Source: Mesotaenium endlicherianum
Taxonomy: Eukaryota
NCBI GenBank assembly: GCA_009602735.1
Contig: WELA01002990.1
Location: forward strand, 1 to 64,000
DNA: 64,000 nucleotides
Direction of reading: 5' to 3'
In this document: positions 38,931 to 50,130 of the stretch, piece after piece
Numbering within the stretch: the first letter of the stretch is position 1
Layout of the letters: every line of letters begins with the position of its first letter
Notes under the pieces: model-generated
What the model saw: only the letters and a program-made list of their open reading frames with translations
Database searches by the model: none
What the model was told of the DNA's origin: nothing
Program-made: the position numbers and the translations under genes

Positions 38931-40855
38931 ACAACTAAACAAGTCTGGCTTAGAGAATTGCACAGAGAAACCTGCATCGCAAAGGGTTTGGAGAGTAAAC
39001 CTCTTCCCACCGACTCCAAGGAAGGCGGATCTCATCTCAAGATGAGCTGACTGAGGAGGCAAAGTTCGTACGGGTGCAAGCACCTCAAGCGGGCCAGACT
39101 TGGGAGTTGGTGCCGCCAGCTGGCGGTCCCTCTGGCCGCCACGACGCTCGTCCGCCACTCGTGTAAGTAGCGCACACGGAGCTGGTTGCACCCCAGAAGA
39201 GAAAGAACGAGGAGAGGAGTGCGATACAAATTCACCCAGACGCACACACATACATCACGTGCACGTGAAGTCGTGTACAAACGTGCAGCGGCCACCCACA
39301 TAAACTCACATGCAGGGTCACACATGCCTTACCACTCGAAACACGATTTGAAGCACAAAAAACAATCATGAAACGACAAAATCGAGCCAGCCAGTTGACC
39401 CTGTCCAGAATGTTCCTCGTGCTACTCGATGCGGCGAGACAGGAGGGGGCACACATCTCCCAGAAATTGTTGTGCAGAAAAAGAGTGGAAGAGTTGTAAT
39501 ACAGCTGTGCATTGCGACGCCAGGGCCCTCCCGCTTCAACCCGACAGAGCCATGGCGGCAGAATGACATCCAGGCCTGCCTGCGTGTAGAGTCAGAACCA
39601 CACACTTAGTGCCAGGTGGCAGATCCTCACACCCGGCACTTCCACACAGATGAGATGCATTGGACTACCTGCCTGCATGTCGCTGCGTTTGACGTGCGTT
39701 GCCATCGTGTGGCAGCGGGCGTGCCATGCTCAAGGGTGCGTTTCCCTCGTGCTCCTTTCCCTGCATAGGGTGGTGCACTACAGCGGGACGCGGGCCACGC
39801 ACGCGCCAGGTGGCCGGCGGCCCTGCCAGTTTGCGAGCGGGGGGGCAGCTGGGCCGGCGGGCGGGCAGGCGGACCAGCGGAGGATCAAAGGANACAACTA
39901 AACAAGTCTGGCTTAGAGAATTGCACAGAGAAACCTGCATCGCAAAGGGTTTGGAGAGTAAACCTCTTCCCACCGACTCCAAGGAAGGCGGATCTCATCT
40001 CAAGATGAGCTGACTGAGGAGGCAAAGTTCGTACGGGTGCAAGCACCTCAAGCGGGCCAGACTTGGGAGTTGGTGCCGCCAGCTGGCGGTCCCTCTGGCC
40101 GCCACGACGCTCGTCCGCCACTCGTGTAAGTAGCGCACACGGAGCTGGTTGCACCCCAGAAGAGAAAGAACGAGGAGAGGAGTGCGATACAAATTCACCC
40201 AGACGCACACACATACATCACGTGCACGTGAAGTCGTGTACAAACGTGCAGCGGCCACCCACATAAACTCACATGCAGGGTCACACATGCCTTACCACTC
40301 GAAACACGATTTGAAGCACAAAAAACAATCATGAAACGACAAAATCGAGCCAGCCAGTTGACCCTGTCCAGAATGTTCCTCGTGCTACTCGATGCGGCGA
40401 GACAGGAGGGGGCACACATCTCCCAGAAATTGTTGTGCAGAAAAAGAGTGGAAGAGTTGTAATACAGCTGTGCATTGCGACGCCAGGGCCCTCCCGCTTC
40501 AACCCGACAGAGCCATGGCGGCAGAATGACATCCAGGCCTGCCTGCGTGTAGAGTCAGAACCACACACTTAGTGCCAGGTGGCAGATCCTCACACCCGGC
40601 ACTTCCACACAGATGAGATGCATTGGACTACCTGCCTGCATGTCGCTGCGTTTGACGTGCGTTGCCATCGTGTGGCAGCGGGCGTGCCATGCTCAAGGGT
40701 GCGTTTCCCTCGTGCTCCTTTCCCTGCATAGGGTGGTGCACTACAGCGGGACGCGGGCCACGCACGCGCCAGGTGGCCGGCGGCCCTGCCAGTTTGCGAG
40801 CGGGGGGGCAGCTGGGCCGGCGGGCGGGCAGGCGGACCAGCGGAGGATCAAAGGA
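38931..40855. repeat. Exact 962-bp tandem duplication split by a single N (probable assembly overlap)
   Basis: 38931-39892 repeated at 39894-40855, with N at 39893. Identical ORFs offset by 963. Confidence 0.95.
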
Positions 40856-43800
40856 AAGAAGAAGCAGCGGTGGTGCGGAGCTGCATGTGCGGCAGGCAGT
40901 CACACGAGAAAGGTGTAGATGCTGCGTGCCTGCCTGCCTATTTGCCCCCCCGCCTACATACCTGCCTGCCTACCTGCCTGCCTGCCTGCCTTCCGCCTGC
41001 ATGCCTGGACGCAACAGACCCTCGCCTTTGAGTGAGGCCATGCATGGCAGAGGGCGAGGATGGACTGCACCCACACCCACAAAGAAGCACCTCCGCCCTC
41101 GCAGCAGCAGCCCAAAGCCCGCTGCAGACCCGCGGCCCCAGCCAGCAGCAGGGGTGCAGACTGCGGGCCCTTCTGGCAAAGGACCTGCGGGGGAAGGAGA
41201 GCTGCCCCTTTGTAGCGGGGAAAGAGCGTGTTGAGGGGGGATGGAGGAGGAAGAGGAGGAGGAAACAGAGCCACACTTGCCCCCCAGAGAACGAGGCAGA
41301 GTGTTATGGATGGCCACCGAGGCAACCCTCCAGCTCCCCTGGACCTCCCCCCCACCCACTCCCCCTCCCTCCGCCCACTGCCCCTCCCTCTCCGCGAGTG
41401 AGTATGTGCAAGAAAGGCTCACCGCTGTCTGCTGCTTGTCGAGAGAGAGAGAGAGACTCGAGAGGGGACATTGGGCTCCCGCCACTTTCTGCAGAAAAGC
41501 GATGACGCTCGCAACGACGCGTCATTACAATGACGAGGGTCGCCTCGTCCGCCGCCCGCGCAGCCCCACCCCCTTGCGCAAACTAGGATGCAACGGGACA
41601 GCGGGGGAGGGACGCAATTAGCGGCAGTCGCTTCGATGACCTGTGAAACTAGAAACGTCGCGCAGAGGACGAGCCTAAGCCAGAGAACAAGCCCTCGCGA
41701 GCTGAGTTACGGAAGCTCACTCACTCAACTGGACTATGCCATGGTACCCTCTTTGGGGGGCAGTCACAGCACAAAGTACACACGCGGTACGGATAGGGAG
41801 CCTGTCTCGGGGCACATGGGAAACAAGCAGTGACCTCTGCTTGCGGAAGACGAACCCCCATGCCCTCCTTCCTCTCCCGTGCCCTCCTCCTCCGACTCCC
41901 TCCCTCTTCCCCCCCCCTCCCCCCCACACACCCGCCTCCCTATCTCAAAGAGGGATGAGTAGGCCAGCAGAGTAGATGGCCTTACCAGGGAAAGGGTCGG
42001 CCATGGCGGAGGCGAGGCTGGGGCAGAACCCATGCAGGCTCTCTCACCCCGGCACCTCCGCCACTTCGTCAGCAGCAGATCGGCGGGACAACCTTGAGAG
42101 TATACACAGACCGGGCAACTGTCCCTCCTACCCTCCCTCCCTCCCTCCCTTCCTTCCTGCCAGCCTGGCTGCCAGTCTGTCGGCCTGAGGCGATGGAGGC
42201 CAGCAATTCTCAAAGGAGAGGCGGGGTGGCTCACGACTCACAAGGAAGGGAGCACACGCGCGCGCGCGCGCGCCCTGCACGTAGGCTATGAGCTCAGCAA
42301 GACTTGCTCACTGACGCAGCGTGGGCGGTTTCGCATCCAATGAAGCACGCGGGCCTACATGCTTATGGAGATTACCGAGTGGGTTCGGGTGATAACAGGG
42401 TTCGGGCTTCTTCAGGTCTGGAGGGAAGGGGGGGAGAGGAGGCTATGTTATCTAAGCACCAGAAAGAATTTGGGAACAACAGATGGCCGATGACCCAATA
42501 TGCCAGTTGTAATGCACCGCCAAGTGAGTGTTCAGGGCTCTCTCACCCAGGCAGCCAGCCGCCACCTGTCGCTCTGCCGAGCCAGACCTCCTCTGCTGCA
42601 GACCCTGGGAGTCACAATCCATGTTCACACGCGCTCCCATTCCCCCACGCACCTGACTCCCCTCGCTCGCCATAGGGAAGGCCCACGTGCCCGAGAACTG
42701 CCTGAGAGCTGTCAAATGACAGTTGTCCTAAGACACCTGGGGGCAGAATACCCCCGGAACCATTGCGTGGCCGCAGATCGACACCTGTCGACGACTGAGA
42801 AGCGACACCCCCCAGCCATGCAGGTCACAAGGAGCCCGCCACGCCCACGGCCGCCGGCCACACTCGGTTCTTTTCTCCTGCATGGGCCACTCCCCCAGCG
42901 CGGACGGAGCAGGCATACTCTGCAGCAGGTCCTGTTGATGACTAGATTGCGGCCTCGCCTCTCCTATGGCGTCGCGCTGCATCAATCTCACTGGGGCGTC
43001 GGATGGAAGCAGTTCACCTCGCTGTCTCTTCTGACTTTGCCTTACTGGGGCTATCTCGGACCCCGGGGTTTTAGTGGGGCGTGAGATGAATCAGTGCACC
43101 TGTCGCTCTCCACTCATTCCACATTGTTCGGTCTATCGGGGGGAGAGTGTATTCTTGCATGCCCTACTCCCTCAGCCACTTGCTGGACGACACGTGTCAC
43201 TCGATCGCTGCCTACCAGCCACGGGCGGCTGTGAGCCCCCTCCTCGCGGGAGGGGCACGTGCCAGGCATATGAGCCCTCAGCCAACACTCCCTCACTTTT
43301 ATGACAGGTTGGATGCTCTGATTCTCCAGCCAGCCCGTTCCAGTCTGGTCTCCCTCACCACCGTTACACACATGCATGCCCTATGGAGAAGAAGAAGCGT
43401 AAGGAGCGGTCTGTTGCGAGAGGTGCGTGTGTGCTTGGCTCCTGCTGCTGCTGCGGCTGAGCTATAGCTGGCTGTACTTCTTTCTACTTGCTTTGTCATC
43501 CTGTTGCGTGATTCCTTAGAAGGCAGGCAAGCTTCGCAGGAAGGTGTCCTTCCTCCTCAGTTGGACGCAAGCGCAAAGGCTGGGAAGAACTGACACGACT
43601 TGGGCACTTATGCACTCCTGCAGGCAATTCTGCACTTCTGCATGGTGCCCAGGCAGAATTGAGGAAGGGCAGGGAAGAAGTGAAGGGGGGAGGTCGCACA
43701 CAATGGATCACCCTTATGGTCTCCAATTCATGGCCACCAAGAGCCGGGACCGCGGCAGAATCGAGGTTGCCTAATAAGTTGAAGTGGCCAAGCAACCGCA

Positions 43801-44615
43801 AAGGGTCGCCCTCAAACCTGAGTGGACGGACGAGCGATGCAGCCACGCTCAGGCTGCAGGCATGAAGCCAGAGGGGCCGTCCAGCAGCTGCGTCCGTCCT
43901 CCATTGTCGGCAGGCAGGCAGGCAGGCAGGCAGGCATGCCTAGACGGATCTTTATTATTTTGGAGTCCCTGCCCACGAACAAAGTTCAGGCAGAGGGAGG
44001 ACCTTTTGGTTGCTGCAGTTGCTGCTGCAGCCGCAAAGCCAGAGCTAGTTGATCACGGGGAAGAAGTAGAAAGACGTCAACCCCCTGCGCAGCGCTGCGC
44101 GTGAACCCGGTGCTTTTCCGTCAGGAAGTACACTGTGCCTCGCCCAAATAAGCTACAGATGCAAACTCGAGCGCTCAGGGGCTAGCAACAATCCTAGTAA
44201 GATTCAGAGGAGCGCAAAACCGTGTCAAACACCAACTGCATTGTGTCCCCGAGGCGACCCCAAAGAGAATCAGGGAGTGTGAACAGGACACAATCAATGG
44301 CATCTCGCTTCAGAGCCCTTTCAGGTCGATATCGAAAACTGAGTAGAGCAAGCAGAGAACGACGTCAAGATCCTGCTGGAGCATATGCCGAGGGACCTGC
44401 AACAAGCTCCAAGCATTTCACAATGAGCACTGCATGTATTCTCCTGTTTGACGTAGAAACCATGGTTGCAAAGCTCCTGCAAGCCCACTAACAGAAGGTA
44501 CAAACTCATTCGGACAGGTCGAAATTCCTTTTATTTGTCAACCTTTACACGTGTTAGCAACTACAATGCTACCGTGATTTTTGATTGTGAATCGTTGTCG
44601 GTGATTCTTTCAGTC

Positions 44616-45025
44616 TGTTGGAAGATAGTAATAAATGAATAGATGGTTTATTGATATCGAAAAATGAAAGAATTATCATCGACGGTTATTAGTGCTATCT
44701 AATGTAACTTAGACTATAGTCAACTAAATTGCCTAGTCTCTGAGTTGACCACCCAGGTTGACCAAGTGTCATAGAGCGTTTAGTGACTCCTAGTCAGACT
44801 TTGAAGATAGACTAGAATCGCGAGTAGCAGCTTCTAGATTACACCCAAGGGATAGTTTGACATGGTATGACTACATGTAAACCTGTCGCTGTGTATTAAA
44901 CCTGCTCACAGAGTAAGGCTATCATTCGATTCAATCAAAGATAATTTTGAGAAGCTATGACTACACCTATGATCACAGCAATAATAAGCTAACAGTGCAG
45001 CCATGGCTGCCATACCAGATCCACA
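44616..45025 (+). repeat. 5' LTR of Copia element
   Basis: Direct repeat of 49721-50130. Confidence 0.97.
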
Positions 45026-48000
45026 AAATGGTATCGGAGCTGCAGCAGTCCGATCTTCACCTCGAGGTGGCAAACATCTTAGCCAGCAGATAGAAAAGTT
45101 GGCAGACACTGATGGCTTTCCCATGTGGAAATATAAGATGGAGCTGGTCCTGAAAACAGCAAAGCTATATAAGGTGGTTAGTGGAGCGGAAGCCAAACCT
45201 GCAGCAGCTGGCCCAGAACAGGAGAAGTGGCAGGACAAAGATGATGAAGCCAAGGCTCATCTAGTCCTCGCTTTAAAAGACAGTCAAGTGGCTCAGATCT
45301 TGAATTGTAGCACTAGCAAGGAAGCATGGGACATGCTACATGCTCTTCATGATCAGAGAGGCTTTCAGGAGCATATGCAAATCAAAGATCAGCTCATCTC
45401 AATCAGTAAGAGCTCCACAGAAACAATCACTGAATACCTGGCCAAGATAAATAGACTGGCACAGAAGCTGGTGGCTCTGAAGGCCAAAGTGGATGAAGCA
45501 GACATGATCATCTACATCATGAGAGGCTTACCCCCAGAGTATAGCACTCTTCATGTCTCCTTCAACCAGATGGTAGAAGGTACACTGACCCTTCAGCATG
45601 TTCAGAAAGCACTGCTGCAGGAAGAAGAGAGACAAAGAGCTGTCCAGGCCCAAGGAGGCCCCAGCCATGACTCTGCCCTGCTGTCCAGAGCTGAAGATTC
45701 CCAGAGACCCAGCAGACCAAGAAGACCAGTTGACAAATCAAAGTACTGCAGCCACTGTGACAGAGATGGCCACACTCTGGAAGAATGCTGGTATGCCTCC
45801 CCAAGTCAGAGCCAGTCTAGCAGAAGAGGAGACTCAGGCAGGAGAGAGAGCTCCAGGAGAGACACCTCCCGCTACAGAAGAGAAGTCTCAACCCAAAGGA
45901 GAGAAGACTCCAGCCAGAAAAGAGGCGACTCTAGAGGAAGCAGAAGGGAAGCATCCAGCCAGAGATCAGGCAGGAGTTCTCAAAGTCACCAAGGCAAAGG
46001 CAAGGGGAAGAGGACTTATCAAGCTCATTATGCAGAAGATGATGCTGATGAAGACTCTGAAGCCAGCAGCTATGAAGAGCTCCTAGTGGCACAAGCTCGA
46101 TATGCTCTCTCCGCCACTGTTGCAGATGACAAGGCCTGGCTTATAGACTCTGGAGCATCCTGTCACATGTCAAAGAACAGGGATTGGTTTACTGAATTCA
46201 CAAAATTTCAGACTCCAGAAGATATTTACATAGGCGACAACTCAGTGCTGAAAGCAATAGGCATAGGGAGTGTCCCACTTACCCTGCTAGCAGATGGTAA
46301 AGCAGTTAAGATAAAGCTTCAGGAGGTCTTGTGTGTCCCCAAGCTAGCAAAGAATCTCTTCAGTGTGAAGCAAGCTAATAAGCAGGGATGCTCAGTGATT
46401 TTCCATCCAAAGTCCATCAGGCTTCTGAATCCCCAGCAGAAAATAATAGGAGAAGGAGTTCCAGCTGGAAACCTGTTTAAACTGAGAGTAGCAAATAGCT
46501 CCTCAGTCCCATCCGGCCAGAGAGGTCAAGCCCTGTTAGCAGATAGAATCCCAGTAGACAGCCATCAGGCTCATCATGCCTCTGCAAATCTCTGGCACCT
46601 CAGGCTAGGCCATATCTCACAGACACAGATGTCTACACTAGTGAACGAGCGCATGGTAGAAGGGGTAGAGCACCTCTCCCACACCATCCTCTCCAGTTGT
46701 GAGACTTGCATCCAGGCCAAACAGACTAGAGCTCCATTCCCAGCCAGTCATGTGTCCACCAGAGCTAAAGTCCCACTAGAGCTGATTCATTCTGACATCT
46801 GTGGCCCCATGCCTGCTCCCTCCTTAGCAGGAGCAAAGTACTTTGTGACCTTCATAGACGATGCTACTGATTACACCTGTACTTACTTCATGAAGTACAA
46901 GAGTGAGGCCTTTGAAAAATTTCAGATATACAAAGCTATGGTAGAGAACCAGCTAGACCTCAAAATCAAACGTCTCAGAAGTGACAATGGGAGTGAATAT
47001 ACCTCCAACAGATTCAAGCAACTCTGTGCTGCAGCAGGTATCCATCAAGAGCTAACCATGACTTACTCCCCTGAGCAGAATGGCAAGGCAGAGCGCAAAA
47101 ACAGGACCCTGCTGGAGCTCACAAGGGCTATGCTACTGCACAAAGCCCTGCCAGACAAGTTCTGGGCAGAAGCCATGTCCACTGCCAACTACCTCAAGAA
47201 CAGGCAGCCCTGCCATGCAGTAGCAGGTCAGACACCTTTTGAGGCATGGACAGGCAAGAAGCCCACCATCACTCACCTCAGAGTGTTTGGAAGTAAGTGC
47301 TATGCTCTGATCCCCAAGAAGCTCCGCCCTAGCAAGCTAGCAGCAGTTAGCAGGCCCTCAATCTTCATAGGCTACAGTGACAATCAGAAGGGATACAAGC
47401 TCTATGATCCCAAGTCCAGGCTAGTGTTGCATAGCAGAGATGTTCAGTTCCTAGAAGAAAAAGGTCCCTCTCACTCACCTGAAGTCATGCCTCAATCAGC
47501 AGCACCACCAGAAATGGCATTCTTTCCTCTCAGCCAAAGATCGGCAGAGCCAGCTCCTCCCCAGAGAGTAGAGCAGCAGCCTCCTCCAGGTGCCCACTGT
47601 CATCCTCAGCATGAGCTTCAGCAGAACCTGCCCCCACAGGCCCCAGCAGCAGAGACCCAGTCTCCTCCACCACAGGCCAGAAACACACAGCCAGAGCAAG
47701 TATTTGCTCCCAGGCCCAGCAGGCAAACCACTAGGCCCCTCAAGCTAGCAGATTATGAGTGTCATATGGCCCTAGCTGCTGAAGAGACAGAAGGAGACCC
47801 CAGTACCCTCAAACAGGCCCTGGCACGCCCAGATGGCCAGCAGTGGAAGAAGGCAGCAGATGCTGAAGTGGCCTCCCTGCAAGACAACCAGACATGGAAG
47901 CTGGTGCCTCTGCCAGCAGGCAGGACTCCCATTACCTGTAAGTGGCTCTTTAAAACAAAGCGAGATGCAGCAGGCAACACAGTGAAGCTCAAAGCTAGAC

Positions 48001-49366
48001 TTGTGGCCAGGGATTTAATCAGCAGAAAGGCATAGACTATGAGCAGACTTTTGCCCCAGATCTCAAGCATGCCTCCCTTCGCCTCATGCTAGCAATTGCC
48101 ACAGAAAAAGACTATGAGATTCATCAGATGGATGTGCAAACTGCCTTCCTCAATGGGTTTCTCCAGGAAGAGGTCTACATGGTATAGCCTCCTGGGTATG
48201 CTGACCCCAGTTGTCCAGAGCATGTCTGCAAGCTACAGAGGTCCCTCTATGGACTCAAGCAGAGTCCTAGAGCATGGAATCAGAGGATTGACCAGTTCTT
48301 CAAGCAGCTAGGCTACAAGCAGTGTGCATCAGACCACTCCCTCTATGTACAGCAGAGACCTGCAGGCATGACTTACATAGGGCTGTATGTAGATGACCTC
48401 ATTTTGGTCTCCCCATCCCTGGCTGCTATTCAAGAGCTCAAGACAGCCTTGTGCAAGGAGTTCAAGATGACAGACATGGGTGAAGTACAGTACTGCCTGG
48501 ACATTCAGATAACCAGGGACAGGGATCTCAGAACACTCACCATGAGTCAGAGCCATTACCTCCAGAAGGTGTTGGAGAAGTTTGGTATGGCTGACTGCAG
48601 AGGTCTGTCTACTCCCCTTCCAGTAAATGTCAAACTTTCAGCAGGAGATTGTCCTCAGACAGCAGCAGAGAAAACGCAGATGGCTGACATTCCCTATTGT
48701 CAAGGCATTGGATGTCTCATGTATGCCACAGTTGCCACCAGACCAGATCTTGCTCTAGCTGTAGGCACTCTAGCCAGGTTCATGCACAATCCAGGTCGAG
48801 CTCACTGGGAAGCCCTACAGCATCTCATGCGCTATGTTAAACAAGCAGACTATCAGCTTACTTTCCAGGCAAGCTCCTCAGGCACAGTTCAGGTCCAAGG
48901 ATACTCAGATGCAAGCTTTGCTAGTGACAAAGATAGCTGCAAGAGCACTTCAGGGTTCATTTTCCAAGCAGCACAAGGGGCTATCTCCTGGAAGTCTAAG
49001 ATGCAAAAATTTGTCACCAGGTCCTCCACAGAAGCAGAGTATGTCGCTCTAGACCTAGCAGTCCAGGAGGCTATCTGGTTCAGAGCTTTTCTGCAGGAAT
49101 TGCACATACCTCATGGCCCCATTCCTCTCTTCTCTGACAATCAGAGTGCCCTCAAGCTTATTGACAACCCAGTGCATCATGAAAGGACCAAGCACATTGA
49201 TGTGCGCTTCCATGCAGTTCGCGAGGCCAAGGAAGCAAAGATCATTGCTCCAGACTACTGCCAGACAGACAGAATGGTGGCAGATGCCCTCACCAAGCCT
49301 GTCCCAGCCCCTAAGACAGCCCGGTGTGCTAACAAGGTGGGTCTTCGTCGTGTCAAAAGTGGCTAA
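45003..49366 (+). pseudogene. gag-pol: Copia Gag-Pol polyprotein, interrupted by a 1-nt frameshift (~48010-48012) and a stop (48185-48187)
   Basis: Gag, CSHCDRDGHTLEEC knuckle, WLIDSGASCHM protease, LWHLRLGH / HSDICGP / RSDNGSEY / QNGKAER integrase. KARLVAR is followed out of frame by GFNQQKGIDYEQTFAP and HQMDVQTAFLNG, then M-V-TAG. YVDD RT and YSDAS / SSTEAEY / RTKHIDVRFH RNase H lie in ORF 48368..49366. Confidence 0.95.
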
Positions 49367-49720
49367 GTTAACATTCAGAGAGAGTGGCCCTGCTTAGCTA
49401 GTCCTTAGCGCCTAACACTCTAGCATTTACTTTGAGAGAGAGAAATGAGCAGCAGTTAGACAAGCATGTAGTAGATGAGCGATAGCAGTTAGGGCAAGAG
49501 AGAGCAGAGAGCAAGATAGCTATGGCTAAACCTGTACATGCTACTCTACAGCTGTAGCAAAGCTCATGCACAGCTGTGTTGGCGCGCTGAAGTCTGGCTG
49601 AGTAGATGAGGGGGGTTCTAGAAATCTCAAGCGAGCCCAATCAAGTGATGCAGAGTAAATCAAAGTCAGAATGATCAGAGCAGTCGATATAAAGCATCAG
49701 ATTCATTGATTAAGAGAGAG

Positions 49721-50130
49721 TGTTGGAAGATAGTAATAAATGAATAGATGGTTTATTGATATCGAAAAATGAAAGAATTATCATCGACGGTTATTAGTGC
49801 TATCTAATGTAACTTAGACTATAGTCAACTAAATTGCCTAGTCTCTGAGTTGACCACCCAGGTTGACCAAGTGTCATAGAGCGTTTAGTGACTCCTAGTC
49901 AGACTTTGAAGATAGACTAGAATCGCGAGTAGCAGCTTCTAGATTACACCCAAGGGATAGTTTGACATGGTATGACTACATGTAAACCTGTCGCTGTGTA
50001 TTAGACCTGCTCACAGAGTAAGGCTATCATTCGATTCAATCAAAGATAATTTTGAGAAGCTATGACTACACCTATGATCACAGCAATAATAAGCTAACAG
50101 TGCAGCCATGGCTGCCATACCAGATCCACA
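49721..50130 (+). repeat. 3' LTR of Copia element
   Basis: Preceded by the PPT; 410-bp repeat of the 5' LTR. Confidence 0.97.

Larger units (their letters stand above)
44616..50130 (+). mobile_element. Full-length Ty1/Copia LTR retrotransposon with disrupted RT; no TSD
   Basis: 410-bp LTRs 44616-45025 and 49721-50130 (TGTTGG...CCACA; one visible mismatch). PBS 45029-45041, PPT AAGAGAGAG 49712-49720. Domain order Gag-PR-IN-RT-RH. Confidence 0.97.

Noticed and set aside
38931..40855. Perfect 962-bp tandem duplication as a biological event
   Set aside because: Identical copies separated by exactly one N are typical of unmerged contig overlap. Read depth would settle it.
40900..44500. Many overlapping 60-190 aa ORFs in a GC-rich region
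   Set aside because: No recognisable domain or consistent exon chain. Consistent with chance ORFs or decayed repeats.
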